DNA of 64,000 bases from Candidatus Dojkabacteria bacterium (GCA_016931155.1 JAFGFJ010000006.1:314896-378895), one strand, 5' to 3'. Shown: positions 18,555 to 29,000, counted from the stretch's first letter. Numbers and translations are program-made. The notes: generated from the letters alone by a model not told the origin.

Positions 18555-19304
18555 TTGGGAATTACTATTAAAAACAAAAAAGAGATAGATTTAATGCGGG
18601 TAGGTGGGAAAATGCTTGGGGATATTGTTGAAGAACTTGGGAGGATGGTAAAGGCGGGAATTTCATCATGGGATATTGAAAAAAAATCCCAGGCTCTTTT
18701 ACAGCATTATAAGGTTAAGCCGGCGTTTCTGAATTATCTTGGCTATCCCTGTGTCTCATGTGTTGGATTAAATGACACAGCTGTACATGGGATTCCAAGT
18801 AAAGATGAAATTTTGAATGAGGGAGATATTGTTAGTATTGATATGGGACTGATTTATCAGGGGATGTATTTGGATCATGCTGTTACTGTCCCTGTCGGAA
18901 AAATCTCCAGTGAGAGTGCGAAGCTCATTAATGTGACTAGAGATGCGATGAAAGCTGGAATAAATCAGGCAAAAGAGGGAAATACGGTTGGAGATATAAG
19001 TCATGCTATTCAGACTACTGCGGAGCTTGCAGGGTTTTCTGTAATAAGGCAAATGGTAGGACATGGAGTAGGTTACCAGGTGCACGAACCTCCTCAAATT
19101 CCCTGCTTTGGAGAAAAAGGGACTGGAGAAATGCTTGAAGAAGGTATGACTCTTGCAATTGAGGCAATGGTAAATGCAGGTGGTGCAGAAATATTGATAT
19201 TGGAGGATGGTTGGACGACAAAAACGCAGGACGGAAAGAATTCTGCAATTTTTGAACATACTATAGTAGTTGGGGAGAAAAAGTCGGAGATTTTGACCGA
19301 GTAG
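18555..19304 (+). CDS. map: Type I methionine aminopeptidase (TTG start)
   Basis: VHGIPS...GDIVSIDMG...HGVGYQVHEPPQIP...LAIEAM...FEHT metal-ligand blocks. It follows secY directly, with no adk between them. Confidence 0.94.
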   Translation: MGITIKNKKEIDLMRVGGKMLGDIVEELGRMVKAGISSWDIEKKSQALLQHYKVKPAFLNYLGYPCVSCVGLNDTAVHGIPSKDEILNEGDIVSIDMGLIYQGMYLDHAVTVPVGKISSESAKLINVTRDAMKAGINQAKEGNTVGDISHAIQTTAELAGFSVIRQMVGHGVGYQVHEPPQIPCFGEKGTGEMLEEGMTLAIEAMVNAGGAEILILEDGWTTKTQDGKNSAIFEHTIVVGEKKSEILTE

Positions 19305-19386
19305 TTTTAAATTTGGTATTTATTTGATATTTTTTGCGAAAAATTAATGAATTTAGGCAAAATGGCTTTGTTTGAAGGGAGTTCTT

Positions 19387-19395
19387 TGATATAAT
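19387..19395 (+). promoter_or_regulatory. Extended -10 promoter (TGATATAAT) upstream of infA
   Basis: Exact TGnTATAAT at 19387-19395, about 60 nt upstream of the infA ATG. The identical 9-mer occurs before two other genes in the window. Confidence 0.5.
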
Positions 19396-19455
19396 TATCG
19401 TCTGCTATGGATTAATGGCTGATGGCGGCTTTGCCGTATTTTTGTGTTTTCAAAT

Positions 19456-19701
19456 ATGACTGGAAGTGAGACCAAGCCAGGAGAGAAATTTAAGGTAACA
19501 GGTACTGTTACAGAGACTCTTCCAGGCGCAAAATTTAGAGTAAATATTAAAATGGGTGAACTCGACCATGAGATAATCGCCTATATTTCGGGCAAGATGA
19601 GAATGCACTATATTAAACTTCAGCCAGGGGATCAGGTGGAGGTTGAAATGACACCATATGATTTACAAAAAGGAAGAATCACTTATAGAGGACAAAAATG
19701 A
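19456..19701 (+). CDS. infA: Translation initiation factor IF-1
   Basis: [16 protein letters not shown]...[34 protein letters not shown]. The ATG at 19456 is preferred over the GTG at 19444. Confidence 0.93.
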   Translation: MTGSETKPGEKFKVTGTVTETLPGAKFRVNIKMGELDHEIIAYISGKMRMHYIKLQPGDQVEVEMTPYDLQKGRITYRGQK

Positions 19702-19829
19702 AAGTAAAGGCTTCAATTAAAAAAAGATGTGAGCATTGCTATATTGTGAGAAGACGCAAGAAAAACGGTAAGCATGTTATATATATTTACTGTAAAAGGG
19801 ATGCGACCCACAAGCAGAGGCAAGGTTAA
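19698..19829 (+). CDS. rpmJ: 50S ribosomal protein L36 (absent from the ORF track because it is under 60 aa)
   Basis: Hand translation gives [43 protein letters not shown] (43 aa). ATGA overlap with the infA stop. A C-C-C-H metal motif with a few extra residues between the second and third Cys. Confidence 0.9.
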   Translation: MKVKASIKKRCEHCYIVRRRKKNGKHVIYIYCKRDATHKQRQG

Positions 19830-19844
19830 TTATTATTTTGTAAA

Positions 19845-20228
19845 ATGGCTAGAATTTTAGGAGTAGAATTACCTGGTGAAAAGAGAACAGAGATTGCTCT
19901 CAGGTATATTTATGGCATTGGACCATCCATATCCAGAAAGATACTTGAAGCAGTGAAGATCAGTCCTGACAAGAGGGCGAAAGATCTTTCGAATGATGAA
20001 GTGAAATCTTTGGCAAATTTTATTGAGCAAACTTTCAAAGTAGAAGGAGAGCTTAAGCAGGTAATTTTTAGAAATATTAAAAGACTGAAAGATGTAAGAA
20101 GCTATAGGGGGATAAGGCATAAACTTGGTCTTCCAGTAAGGGGACAGAGAACAAAGTCAAATGCAGTTACGAGAAAAGGAAGAAATCTTGCGGTCGGAGG
20201 GCTTAAGAGAAAACTGGAGAAAACTTAA
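19845..20228 (+). CDS. rpsM: 30S ribosomal protein S13
   Basis: MARILGVELPGEKR...YRGIRHKLGLPVRGQRTKSNA. Confidence 0.96.
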   Translation: MARILGVELPGEKRTEIALRYIYGIGPSISRKILEAVKISPDKRAKDLSNDEVKSLANFIEQTFKVEGELKQVIFRNIKRLKDVRSYRGIRHKLGLPVRGQRTKSNAVTRKGRNLAVGGLKRKLEKT

Positions 20229-20259
20229 TTTGATGGATTATTTATTTACCGAATAATAT

Positions 20260-20706
20260 ATGGGTAAGAAAAAAGACAAAAAAGCAAAAAAAGAGAATAA
20301 GATGAAGGATAAGGGTAAGGAGGCAGTAGCAGTTAAGAAGAAAAAGAAAGAGAAAAAGGTGGTTACTAAAGGTAAAATATATGTAAAATCGACATACAAC
20401 AATACACTTGTCACTGTTACGGATCTTACGGGCAATGTACTTTCTACCAGTAGTGGAGGTGTAGTTGGATTTACAGGGACGAAGAAAGCGACCGCTTATG
20501 CAGCAACAAAAGCAGCTGAGGATGCGGTAATGAAAGCTCAGAAATATGGTATTAAGGAAGCTGTTGTGATGGTCAGAGGAGCAGGACTTGGAAGACAGGC
20601 AGCTGTGAAGGGACTGAGATCTGGTGGGCTTAGAATTTCTCTCTTGATGGATACTACAAGGATTCCTCATGGAGGAGTTAAGCCGGAAAAAAGACCAAGA
20701 AAATAA
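20260..20706 (+). CDS. rpsK: 30S ribosomal protein S11 with a K-rich N-terminal extension
   Basis: YVKSTYNNTLVTVTDLTGNVLSTSSGG...DTTRIPHGG. Confidence 0.96.
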   Translation: MGKKKDKKAKKENKMKDKGKEAVAVKKKKKEKKVVTKGKIYVKSTYNNTLVTVTDLTGNVLSTSSGGVVGFTGTKKATAYAATKAAEDAVMKAQKYGIKEAVVMVRGAGLGRQAAVKGLRSGGLRISLLMDTTRIPHGGVKPEKRPRK

Positions 20707-20725
20707 TTAATTCTTTTTACGATAA

Positions 20726-21322
20726 ATGGCAAGATATACAGGACCAAAATGGAAAATAAGCAGGCGAGAAGGGGCTAGTGTTTATGGAGATGAAAAATGG
20801 AAAAAAAGACCTACTCTTCCGGGGCAACACCCGACGAGTATGAAAAGACCGAGTAACTACGCTATTCAGCTTAGAGAAAAGCAGAAAGTTAAAAGGATGT
20901 ATGGGCTATTGGAAAAGCAGTTTAGAGGAGTATACCAGAAGGCAACTGCTGCAACTGGAAATACAGGAACCAGGCTACTGCAACTTCTTGAGATGAGGCT
21001 TGATAATGTAGTTTACAGACTTGGTTTTGCGAAAACAAGAAATCAGGCAAGGCAGATGGTAACCCATGCTCATGTAAAAGTGAATGATAAAAAAGTTAAT
21101 ATACCTTCTTATATAGTAAAAGTTGGTGATCAAATTATGATAAAAGGGGCAGAAAAGAAGGATAATTGTGTAGCACTGATAAAGTTAGAAACAAAAAATG
21201 CTAAGGTTCCTTTGTGGTTGAGCAGAGTTAGTGAAGGAGGAGAGATAAAGAGTGTTCCTACAAGAGAGATGATGGATCCAACAATCAAAGAACAGCTTAT
21301 TGTTGAGTTCTATTCGAGATAA
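20726..21322 (+). CDS. rpsD: 30S ribosomal protein S4
   Basis: MARYTGPKWKISRREG...LEMRLDNVVYRLGFAKTRNQARQMV. Confidence 0.96.
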   Translation: MARYTGPKWKISRREGASVYGDEKWKKRPTLPGQHPTSMKRPSNYAIQLREKQKVKRMYGLLEKQFRGVYQKATAATGNTGTRLLQLLEMRLDNVVYRLGFAKTRNQARQMVTHAHVKVNDKKVNIPSYIVKVGDQIMIKGAEKKDNCVALIKLETKNAKVPLWLSRVSEGGEIKSVPTREMMDPTIKEQLIVEFYSR

Positions 21323-21346
21323 TATTTTAAATTACTGATTGATACT

Positions 21347-22285
21347 ATGTTTCAATTAAATCAATTTAATGTAAAGAAAATAGAAGAAAGGGAGGATTAT
21401 GGTCTCTTTGAAATAGGTCCTCTTCCCAGAGGGTATGGTCATACTGTTGCAAATATATTGAGAAGGATTTTAATGTCTTCTATTGAAGGTGCTGCGATTA
21501 CTTCAGTCAAAATAGGAGGAATTAAACATGAATATTCAAGTCTTGAGGGTGTTCACGATGATATTCTCAAGGTTCTTCTTGGTCTAAAAAATGTTGTGCT
21601 TGTGAGCCATTCAGAAGATCCTCAAGTTTTGAAGTTGAACGTTAAAGGCGGAGCAAAGGCAAAAGAAGTGAAAGCAGGAGACATAGAAACGACAGGCGAA
21701 GTTGAGATAGTAAACCCGGATTACGTGATCACAACCTTATCTGGTCCGAAAGCCAAGATTGAAGCGGAAATTATTGTTGAAACGGGTATTGGGTATAAGT
21801 ATCCTGATGAGTCGAAAAGAAAAGAAATTGGAGTTCTGCCTCTGGATGCGAATTTTTCTCCTGTCAGAAGGATTAATACAAGAATAGTACAGGCTAGGGT
21901 TGGTCAGCAGACAGATCTTGATCAGGTAAATCTTGAGGTATATACTAACAGAGCCGTGAAAGCAAGTGATGTTTTATTGAAAGCAGTGCAAGCCCTTGAT
22001 GAAGTTGCAAATAGATTTGTTTCTCTCTTGGGTGGCACACCAAAAGAAATCGAGTACATACAGGATGAACCAGAGGTTGAAGAGAAGAAGGTTCAATTAC
22101 CAATTGAAGACCTTGGGCTTTCTACCAGACTAACAAATGCTCTTGTAAATTCCCACTATAAGGATCTTGTAGAGCTAGAGGGGATGGGTATGGAAGACTT
22201 TATGAGCATAAAAGGAATGGGGCAGAAGTCAGTTGAGGAGCTGTATGAGGTTATGAAAGAAAATGGATTGGAAACAAAAGAATAA
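21347..22285 (+). CDS. rpoA: DNA-directed RNA polymerase alpha subunit
   Basis: GPLPRGYGHTVANILRRILMSSIEGAAIT N-terminal domain and a C-terminal domain with LGLSTRLTNAL... Confidence 0.95.
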   Translation: MFQLNQFNVKKIEEREDYGLFEIGPLPRGYGHTVANILRRILMSSIEGAAITSVKIGGIKHEYSSLEGVHDDILKVLLGLKNVVLVSHSEDPQVLKLNVKGGAKAKEVKAGDIETTGEVEIVNPDYVITTLSGPKAKIEAEIIVETGIGYKYPDESKRKEIGVLPLDANFSPVRRINTRIVQARVGQQTDLDQVNLEVYTNRAVKASDVLLKAVQALDEVANRFVSLLGGTPKEIEYIQDEPEVEEKKVQLPIEDLGLSTRLTNALVNSHYKDLVELEGMGMEDFMSIKGMGQKSVEELYEVMKENGLETKE

Positions 22286-22995
22286 TGAAGAAAGGAAGAA
22301 AGATAAAAAAAATAGGAACAGATAAATCTCACAGGGTTTCTCTGTTGAAGAACCTTTCTTCATCGTTGATCATGACGGAGTATATGACTACTACAAGGGC
22401 AAGAGCCAGGGCATTTGTCCCCTATTTTGAAAGAGTAATTACTCTGGCAAGACCTGCCGATATCAATGCAAAAAGAAGAGTGATATCATTAATTCAAAAT
22501 GAAAAAGCTACAGATAAGATTTTTGATGTTCTTTTGAAGAGATTTGAAGATACCAAATCTGGCTTGGTGAGTGTTTATAAAATTGGGAACAGAAAAGGAG
22601 ATAATGCAGAAGTTGTTAAGCTTGTTTTGAAGGGATATGAACCACCAAAGAAAAAGACGAGGATAAAGGAGGAAAAGAAAAAGGAACAAAGTGAAGAAAA
22701 GATGCTTCAAAAAGATGAGAAGGGTCTTAGTAAAGAAACTAAGCTGAATATGGAAACAGATGTGAAGAAATCGCAAGAAAAGACTGCCGAGAAAGTAGCC
22801 GAAGTTCGAAAAGAACTGGCGAAACCAGAAGAGCCAGCGGGGGGAAATAAAAAGACTATTAAAAAGGAAAGAAGATCAGAGAATAAATCATCCAAGCAGA
22901 ATGGATCATTTTTTACAAAACTATTTGGATTTGGGAAAAAGGATCAACAAAAGACTACTGTCAAAGGAAGAGCTAGATCAAGATCAGGGATTTAA
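22285..22995 (+). CDS. rplQ: 50S ribosomal protein L17 with a ~115-aa K/E-rich C-terminal extension
   Basis: The N-terminal ~120 aa are L17-like (KSHRVSLLKNLSSSLI...TTTRARA...VVKLVL). The remaining ~115 aa are low-complexity K/E-rich. Confidence 0.92.
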   Translation: MKKGRKIKKIGTDKSHRVSLLKNLSSSLIMTEYMTTTRARARAFVPYFERVITLARPADINAKRRVISLIQNEKATDKIFDVLLKRFEDTKSGLVSVYKIGNRKGDNAEVVKLVLKGYEPPKKKTRIKEEKKKEQSEEKMLQKDEKGLSKETKLNMETDVKKSQEKTAEKVAEVRKELAKPEEPAGGNKKTIKKERRSENKSSKQNGSFFTKLFGFGKKDQQKTTVKGRARSRSGI

Positions 22996-23001
22996 TTCTA
23001 T

Positions 23002-23433
23002 ATGAAAACAAGAAGTATTAAAGAAAAAGAAACAGAGATTAAATGGTACATGATAGATGCTACCGGGGTAAGACTTGGGAAGGTTGCGACAAAGGTGGCG
23101 GGGTTGCTTATGGGTAAAGCTGATGTGAATAGGGTGGAGTATCTTGAACCTAAAAATAAAGTTGTCGTTGTGAATTGTGAAAAAGTTGAGGCTTTCCCGA
23201 AAAAATTAAAAACAAAGATTTATTATTCTCACTCGGGTTATCCAGGTGGTTTCAAAGAGAAAACACTAGAGGAGATGATGAAAAAAACTCCGGAAAAAGT
23301 AATTCAGCTTGCTGTAAAAAGAATGCTTCCCCAAAATAGAATGGGAAGAAAGATGTTCAGCAATTTGAATGTAGTGAAGGGAGCAGACCATAAATTTGAA
23401 GCTCAAAAACCAGTAGAAATTAAATTACAATAA
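23002..23433 (+). CDS. rplM: 50S ribosomal protein L13
   Basis: KWYMIDATGVRLGKVATKVAGLLMGK...YYSHSGYPGG. Confidence 0.96.
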   Translation: MKTRSIKEKETEIKWYMIDATGVRLGKVATKVAGLLMGKADVNRVEYLEPKNKVVVVNCEKVEAFPKKLKTKIYYSHSGYPGGFKEKTLEEMMKKTPEKVIQLAVKRMLPQNRMGRKMFSNLNVVKGADHKFEAQKPVEIKLQ

Positions 23434-23834
23434 TGGAAGCAAAAATTCAAAAATATAATTATGCTGTAGGAAGAAGAAAAACTTCTGTTGCCACTATCAG
23501 ATTGTTTGAAGGAAAGGGACAGAGTTTTGTAAATGAGAAAAAGGCTGAAGAGAGATTCCCTCTTTTGGCTCAGCAGAAAAGACTTTTGAAGCCATTTGAA
23601 GTTACCGGAACGATGGGTAAATTTTACTTTACTGGGAAGGTAAAGGGTGGAGGAGTAACGGGACAGCTTGATGCTCTTGTGCATGCAATATCTCGAGCTA
23701 TGATAAAGAACGATGAGGTGTATAAAGTTGATCTTAAAAAGAACAGTCTTCTAACAAGAGATGATAGAATGACGGAAAGAAAGAAACCAGGACTTAGAAA
23801 GGCAAGAAAATCCCCTCAGTACTCAAAGCGTTAG
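23433..23834 (+). CDS. rpsI: 30S ribosomal protein S9
   Basis: GRRKTSVATIRL..G.G...GGGVTGQLDAL.HAISRA...RDDRMTERKKPGLRKARKSPQYSKR. Confidence 0.96.
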   Translation: MEAKIQKYNYAVGRRKTSVATIRLFEGKGQSFVNEKKAEERFPLLAQQKRLLKPFEVTGTMGKFYFTGKVKGGGVTGQLDALVHAISRAMIKNDEVYKVDLKKNSLLTRDDRMTERKKPGLRKARKSPQYSKR

Positions 23835-24026
23835 TTTGTCTCGGGCAATTTATAATTCTTCATATTTTATGTTTTTGGCGTCAATTTTGCGGGCATATTA
23901 TTTATCCCTTGGAAATAATAAGTTCTCGCAAATGCGTAGCTAAATTCTCTCAATATATGATTGTGTTGATTAGGCTGGCTGAATTTTATAGGATTGTTGA
24001 GTATTCAGGCTTAGATTATTGATTAT

Positions 24027-25316
24027 ATGAATCTAAATAGAACCAAATTAACATATGTAATACTTGGTTTAATTCTTCTATTTTCTTTTGTAACGAGAAT
24101 ATACAGAGTATGGATTCCTGCTGAGTACTATTTTGACGAGGTTTATCATGCTGTTACAGCAAAACTTTATGCCAGGAATGATCCTTCCGGGTATGAATGG
24201 TGGCATGATGAGCCAGAACCTGGTACTGCGGTTGAATGGCTACATCCCCCGATTGCAAAACTTACACAAGCTTTAGGAATAATTCTTATAGGTGAGAACA
24301 GTCTCGGGTGGAGAATATCTTCAGTTGTATTTGGAGTTGGCGTTGTTATGGCGACTTTTCTTGTTGCTAATAAACTTTCAAAATCAAGAAAAGTCGCCCT
24401 TTTGTCTGCAATTCTACTAAGTCTTGATGGTCTTGTTTTTGTCCAGTCACGTATAGCAATGAATGATATCCATGTTACTTTTTTTATTCTAATGAGTGTC
24501 TTTTTTTATTCAAAATGGAAAGACTCTCAAGAGAAACAGTTGAATCTTGTTTTGAGTGGTGTATTTACAGGCATAGCGATTGCTACAAAATGGAGTGGTG
24601 TGTTTCTGCTTGGGATATTTATTATTGATCAACTTCTTACATGGATGCCTCGAATGATCTCGAGAAAGAAGTTCCCATCTTTTGCTTTGCTCTCCAATTT
24701 ATTCATTAATTTTATTTTTCTGCCTGTGTTGATATATGTATTATCTTTTTCACAGTTTTTCCTTCAAGGGCATAGCTGGAAACAATTTGAAGGACTTCAC
24801 AGTCAAATATGGCATTATCAGACGAGTCTTGAAGCAACTCATCCTCGTCAATCAAGTCCAATTGAGTGGGTGTTGGATCTGAAGCCAGTCTGGATGTATG
24901 TGAATTATGATTCAGGAGATAAGGTTGGGAATATATATAATTTGGGTAATCCACTTATCTTTTTTGGAGGACTTATTGGTATTTTGGGGATAGTTTATAC
25001 AATTATTCGAACAAAAAACAGGAATTATATTTTGCTCGTTTTAGCATATTTGATCGTCTGGTTGCCATGGATGTTTTCTCCCAGAATAATGTTTTTCTAC
25101 CATTATTTACCCGCAGTACCTTTTCTGACAATAATACTTTCAATTTTCCTTATGTCTATGATAAATGCCAAGTCAAGATTGATAAAGTATTTGGCGTATC
25201 TATTCCTCTTTGCGTGTGCTATATGGTTTTTTCTTTTTTATCCATATTTAACAGGTCTTCCAGTCTCAAAAGAGTTTGTTTCAAAGGTTTACTATATCCT
25301 GCCGGGCTGGAAATAA
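24027..25316 (+). CDS. GT-C / GT39 (PMT-type) phospholipid-carrier-dependent glycosyltransferase
   Basis: Polytopic membrane protein whose first-loop YFDEVYHAVTA (DE motif) and WLHPPIAKL are typical of dolichyl/polyprenyl-phosphate-mannose protein mannosyltransferase-like enzymes. Confidence 0.8.
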   Translation: MNLNRTKLTYVILGLILLFSFVTRIYRVWIPAEYYFDEVYHAVTAKLYARNDPSGYEWWHDEPEPGTAVEWLHPPIAKLTQALGIILIGENSLGWRISSVVFGVGVVMATFLVANKLSKSRKVALLSAILLSLDGLVFVQSRIAMNDIHVTFFILMSVFFYSKWKDSQEKQLNLVLSGVFTGIAIATKWSGVFLLGIFIIDQLLTWMPRMISRKKFPSFALLSNLFINFIFLPVLIYVLSFSQFFLQGHSWKQFEGLHSQIWHYQTSLEATHPRQSSPIEWVLDLKPVWMYVNYDSGDKVGNIYNLGNPLIFFGGLIGILGIVYTIIRTKNRNYILLVLAYLIVWLPWMFSPRIMFFYHYLPAVPFLTIILSIFLMSMINAKSRLIKYLAYLFLFACAIWFFLFYPYLTGLPVSKEFVSKVYYILPGWK

Positions 25317-25399
25317 GTCTGCTGGAATTCCCTTAGTTTGCTCTTTATCCTTAGCTTCTCTATAATTTCATAGTAATTAGATCTGTTGTTCTACTGTCT

Positions 25400-26095
25400 A
25401 TGAAAAAAATTACGGTTATTATATTCGCTGGAATTGTCCTTCTAGGGCTTGCTGTTTGGTCACCATGGAACAGGCTGGATTTCTCTTGGCAAAGACTTCT
25501 GGGAATTGAAAAGCCGGAAGGTATGGCAGGGCTTACAGTCTATTCACTTGGGGGGAATATGGAGGTAAAAATAGATGGAGAGTTGAAGGGAGAAGTAAAT
25601 CTTGCCAATTCTCCTCTTGAAATACACGATGTTGTTCCTGGTGAGCATAAAATTGAGTTAATTAGAAAAGGTTCACAGGATAACATTTATGCCGAGTATT
25701 TTAAAAATTTAAATTTTGAGGGTAACATAAATTCAATACTAAGTTATGAGCTTGGACCAACAGAAGAGTATAGTTCGGGCTATGTATTTTATGCTGTATC
25801 CAAAGGGAATTATGATGCTCTTGCTAGTTTGTCTGTGGTATCAAGACCTGAGCAGGCAAAGATCTTTCTAGATGGAATAGATGTGGGAAATGCTCCTTTA
25901 AGAGATGTAAAAATTTCTCTCAATCAATTACATAGGCTCAGGTTTGAGAAGGAGGGATTTGAATCACTTGAATTTGAAATTTTACCAAAGGAACAGGCAG
26001 ATCGAGATAAGCTTAAAGATTATAGTCTGGCAGTTGAGGCTCGACTGTTTAAGCTTCCAATAAATATAGTAGAGGAAGTATCAAATGAGAAATGA
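25400..26095 (+). CDS. Membrane-anchored PEGA-domain protein
   Basis: N-terminal TM helix. One clear PEGA repeat (VVSRPEQAKIFLDGIDVGNAPLRDVKI) and an earlier PEGA-like repeat (MEVKIDGELKGEVNLANSPLEI). Confidence 0.75.
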   Translation: MKKITVIIFAGIVLLGLAVWSPWNRLDFSWQRLLGIEKPEGMAGLTVYSLGGNMEVKIDGELKGEVNLANSPLEIHDVVPGEHKIELIRKGSQDNIYAEYFKNLNFEGNINSILSYELGPTEEYSSGYVFYAVSKGNYDALASLSVVSRPEQAKIFLDGIDVGNAPLRDVKISLNQLHRLRFEKEGFESLEFEILPKEQADRDKLKDYSLAVEARLFKLPINIVEEVSNEK

Positions 26096-29000
26096 AGCTA
26101 ATAAGCTAAAAAGTACGAGTAAATACCCAACCTCAATAATTGTTAAGGGTGTTGATACCATTGGTGTAGAGCTTGCAGGTTCACTTATTGAACAGGGGGG
26201 GTATGTAATTATGATAGACACCTACAATGAGGAATCTTTCGGGAAAATAAAACATCTGTTGGAAAAAGATCTGTTTACATTTGTTGATTTTTCAGCTCTT
26301 TCTCATCTGGAAGATGATTTGAGGAGATTGGATTATGTTTTTTTTCTGGGACATCAGGAGACTGACATCGAAAATGAAATTTCTACTCAAGAATTTCTCG
26401 AAGTATCAAATTACTTGAATGCGATTCTTGACCTTTCAACTAAATTTGAAGCTAAATTCTTATTAACAAATTCGATAAGAGCACATAGGAGACTGATAGG
26501 AGAGCAGGACGTTCATCTCAATTTTGATCTAGAAAAGACTAAAAAACACACGGTATATTCAGAAGTTGAAATTCAAAGATATGCAGAAAGTTTGGTGATG
26601 GAGTACTACGAGAAGGTTTCTTTGAATGTAAGAATTTTGAGAATGGGAGAAGTAATTGGTGAGGCTGTTGAGTTTAAAGAAAAGACTCCTCTTGGAAAGC
26701 TTATATTTGATGCAATATCAGGAAATGACCTAGAGATAACTGGTGATGGTCTTGATGAAGAGTATTATGTTCATTATCTTGATGCTGTTTACGGATTATT
26801 GAAGGGTGAATTTACTCCAAATACTAAGGGGAAGATTTTTTCGTTGGCAAATCAAGAGCCGGTTACTACATTATCTTTAGCGTATAAGGTTCAGGAATTA
26901 GAGCCAAAGGCTGGAGAAATAAAATTTGTAGAAAAAAAAGGTCCACTGTCACTCAAACTATACAAGCCAGCTGAAAACCTGGCAGTTATCGGCTGGAGGC
27001 CAAAAGTATCTTTTGACAGAGCCCTGTCACAGTCTATTGAACAAGCATATAACCACTTTAGTATCGAATCTTCTAGTCAGGTGGAAGATGTAAGGGATGA
27101 AAAAAAGAATGATGTGCTTTCCAAAAAACTTAAAAACTTCTTTTTTATCTCAGACAATAACGGAGAAAAGGAGGATACATATAAGCCAAAAGGAGAAGGC
27201 TATGGTGCTCTTTCGAGACTTATTGCAGAAAGAAAATCTCAGGAAATGGGAAGAAAAGGTAGCATTGTTCTGGCAAATGACAAACTAAGAGAAAAGGTCA
27301 AGGGTCAAAATCAGAAACCTGCTATTCAAAGATTGGGTACTAAAGCAAATAAGTTTTATGACAGAATTAAGGTTCAGTTTAATTTCCTTACTAGATTGAC
27401 TCTTAGTGAATTTGCTCTCTATTTGTTTCTTGTAATGATTTTGGCAGTGGTATATTTCGGAGTAGTATCTCCATTACTTAGTCTTGGTAAAGATGTGTAT
27501 TTTGGGAACAGAAATCTTGAAGAAGCAAAAAATAGATTTATTAGTAATGACATAATTGGTGCTAGGGAATCTGCCAAGAGTTCTCTCAATAACTTTGATG
27601 CTGCAGAGAAAACACTAAACAGATTTGAAGCATTTTTTAATCTTGTTTCCCAGAAAGAAGTATTCATTTCAGGGACTACTCTCCTGAGAGGAGCAAAAAT
27701 GTACTCTGAAGGTCTTGAACAATCATTCTCAGCTGTCTCTCCAGCGTACGAGTATTTCGAGAAGTTTGAAGATAATGTCTATTACAGACCGAATGACGGG
27801 AATCTTCTTGTTTCTGAGTCCAGTGCCGATTATTCAGAGTATCTTCAGAAGATGTCAGGAATGGAGATAGTAGCAGATGATGGGATCAGCAAAATAGTAT
27901 CAGCAACAGCTCTTATGTCAACTGCAAGAAAGAACTATTTACCTAAAACAGTAATAGAAAAAATAAATTCTATTGTAAATAATATTGATGAGACTGAGGC
28001 TGAGCTTCAAAGTGCAAAAAAAACGATTAGATATTTACCTGATCTACTGGGAGGAGATGGCCCAAAATCTTACATTATTATTCTCCAGGATAACTCAAGA
28101 TATAACCCTTCAGGAGGCAAAATCAATTCATATGCTTTCTTAACATTTGAAAAAGGTGGTTTAAAATCTATTAAGGTTGAAAATGCATCCAGCCTAAACC
28201 TGTCATTTGATAGGTTGAATCCAAAAACACTTGACCAGATCAATCTGATTTCGTTTCAGAATCTAAAAGTAGAGGACGTAACTCTCAGTGATTTTCAGCT
28301 CATAAATGATTTTGATCTGTTTAGCAGTGAAATTATTCCTTACCTTGAAAATTATTTTGAGAGGGATATTGATGGCGCCATATTTTTAAATATTAACAGT
28401 CTTGAAAAATTAATTGAATTGTATGGCGGAATTGAAGTCGAGCAAATTGAATTTGACGGGAAAAATCTTCTGATGAATGTTGATCTGGTTCTAAGAGACA
28501 ATAGGGAGGAAAATAGAAGAACAGAGATTATTACTCAGGTATTTGCGCTTGTGCTTCAGAAAATATTCACTTCAACAGGAGAAAAAACGCTGGAACTTGC
28601 TTCTCTTTCAAATGTTCAGCTGGAAGTAAAGGATATGATGCTTCAGTTCGAGGGTGAATATTATCAGGAGCAGATTGAAACAAATAATTGGAATGGGAGG
28701 TTTAACAACAACTCAGATTTTATTAAGATTGCAGTGGTTTCAAAGGCAAGGGAATTTTCTCAAACAAAATATCCTAACTTAAATATTGATATAAATGATA
28801 GGTTGAAGTCTGACTTAACAACTGTTAAACAAGTTACAATTGAACCTAAAAGTCTTGAAGATCTTGATTATGTGACTGTATGCCTTCCTGCTGGAGCTAC
28901 AGAATTAAATTTTGGTGAAATTAATCCTTTACTGTACAACCAGAATTTTAGTGCTGGAAATGAGTGTGTGAGTATAAAATTTGGTCAAATAAGCAGGGCT

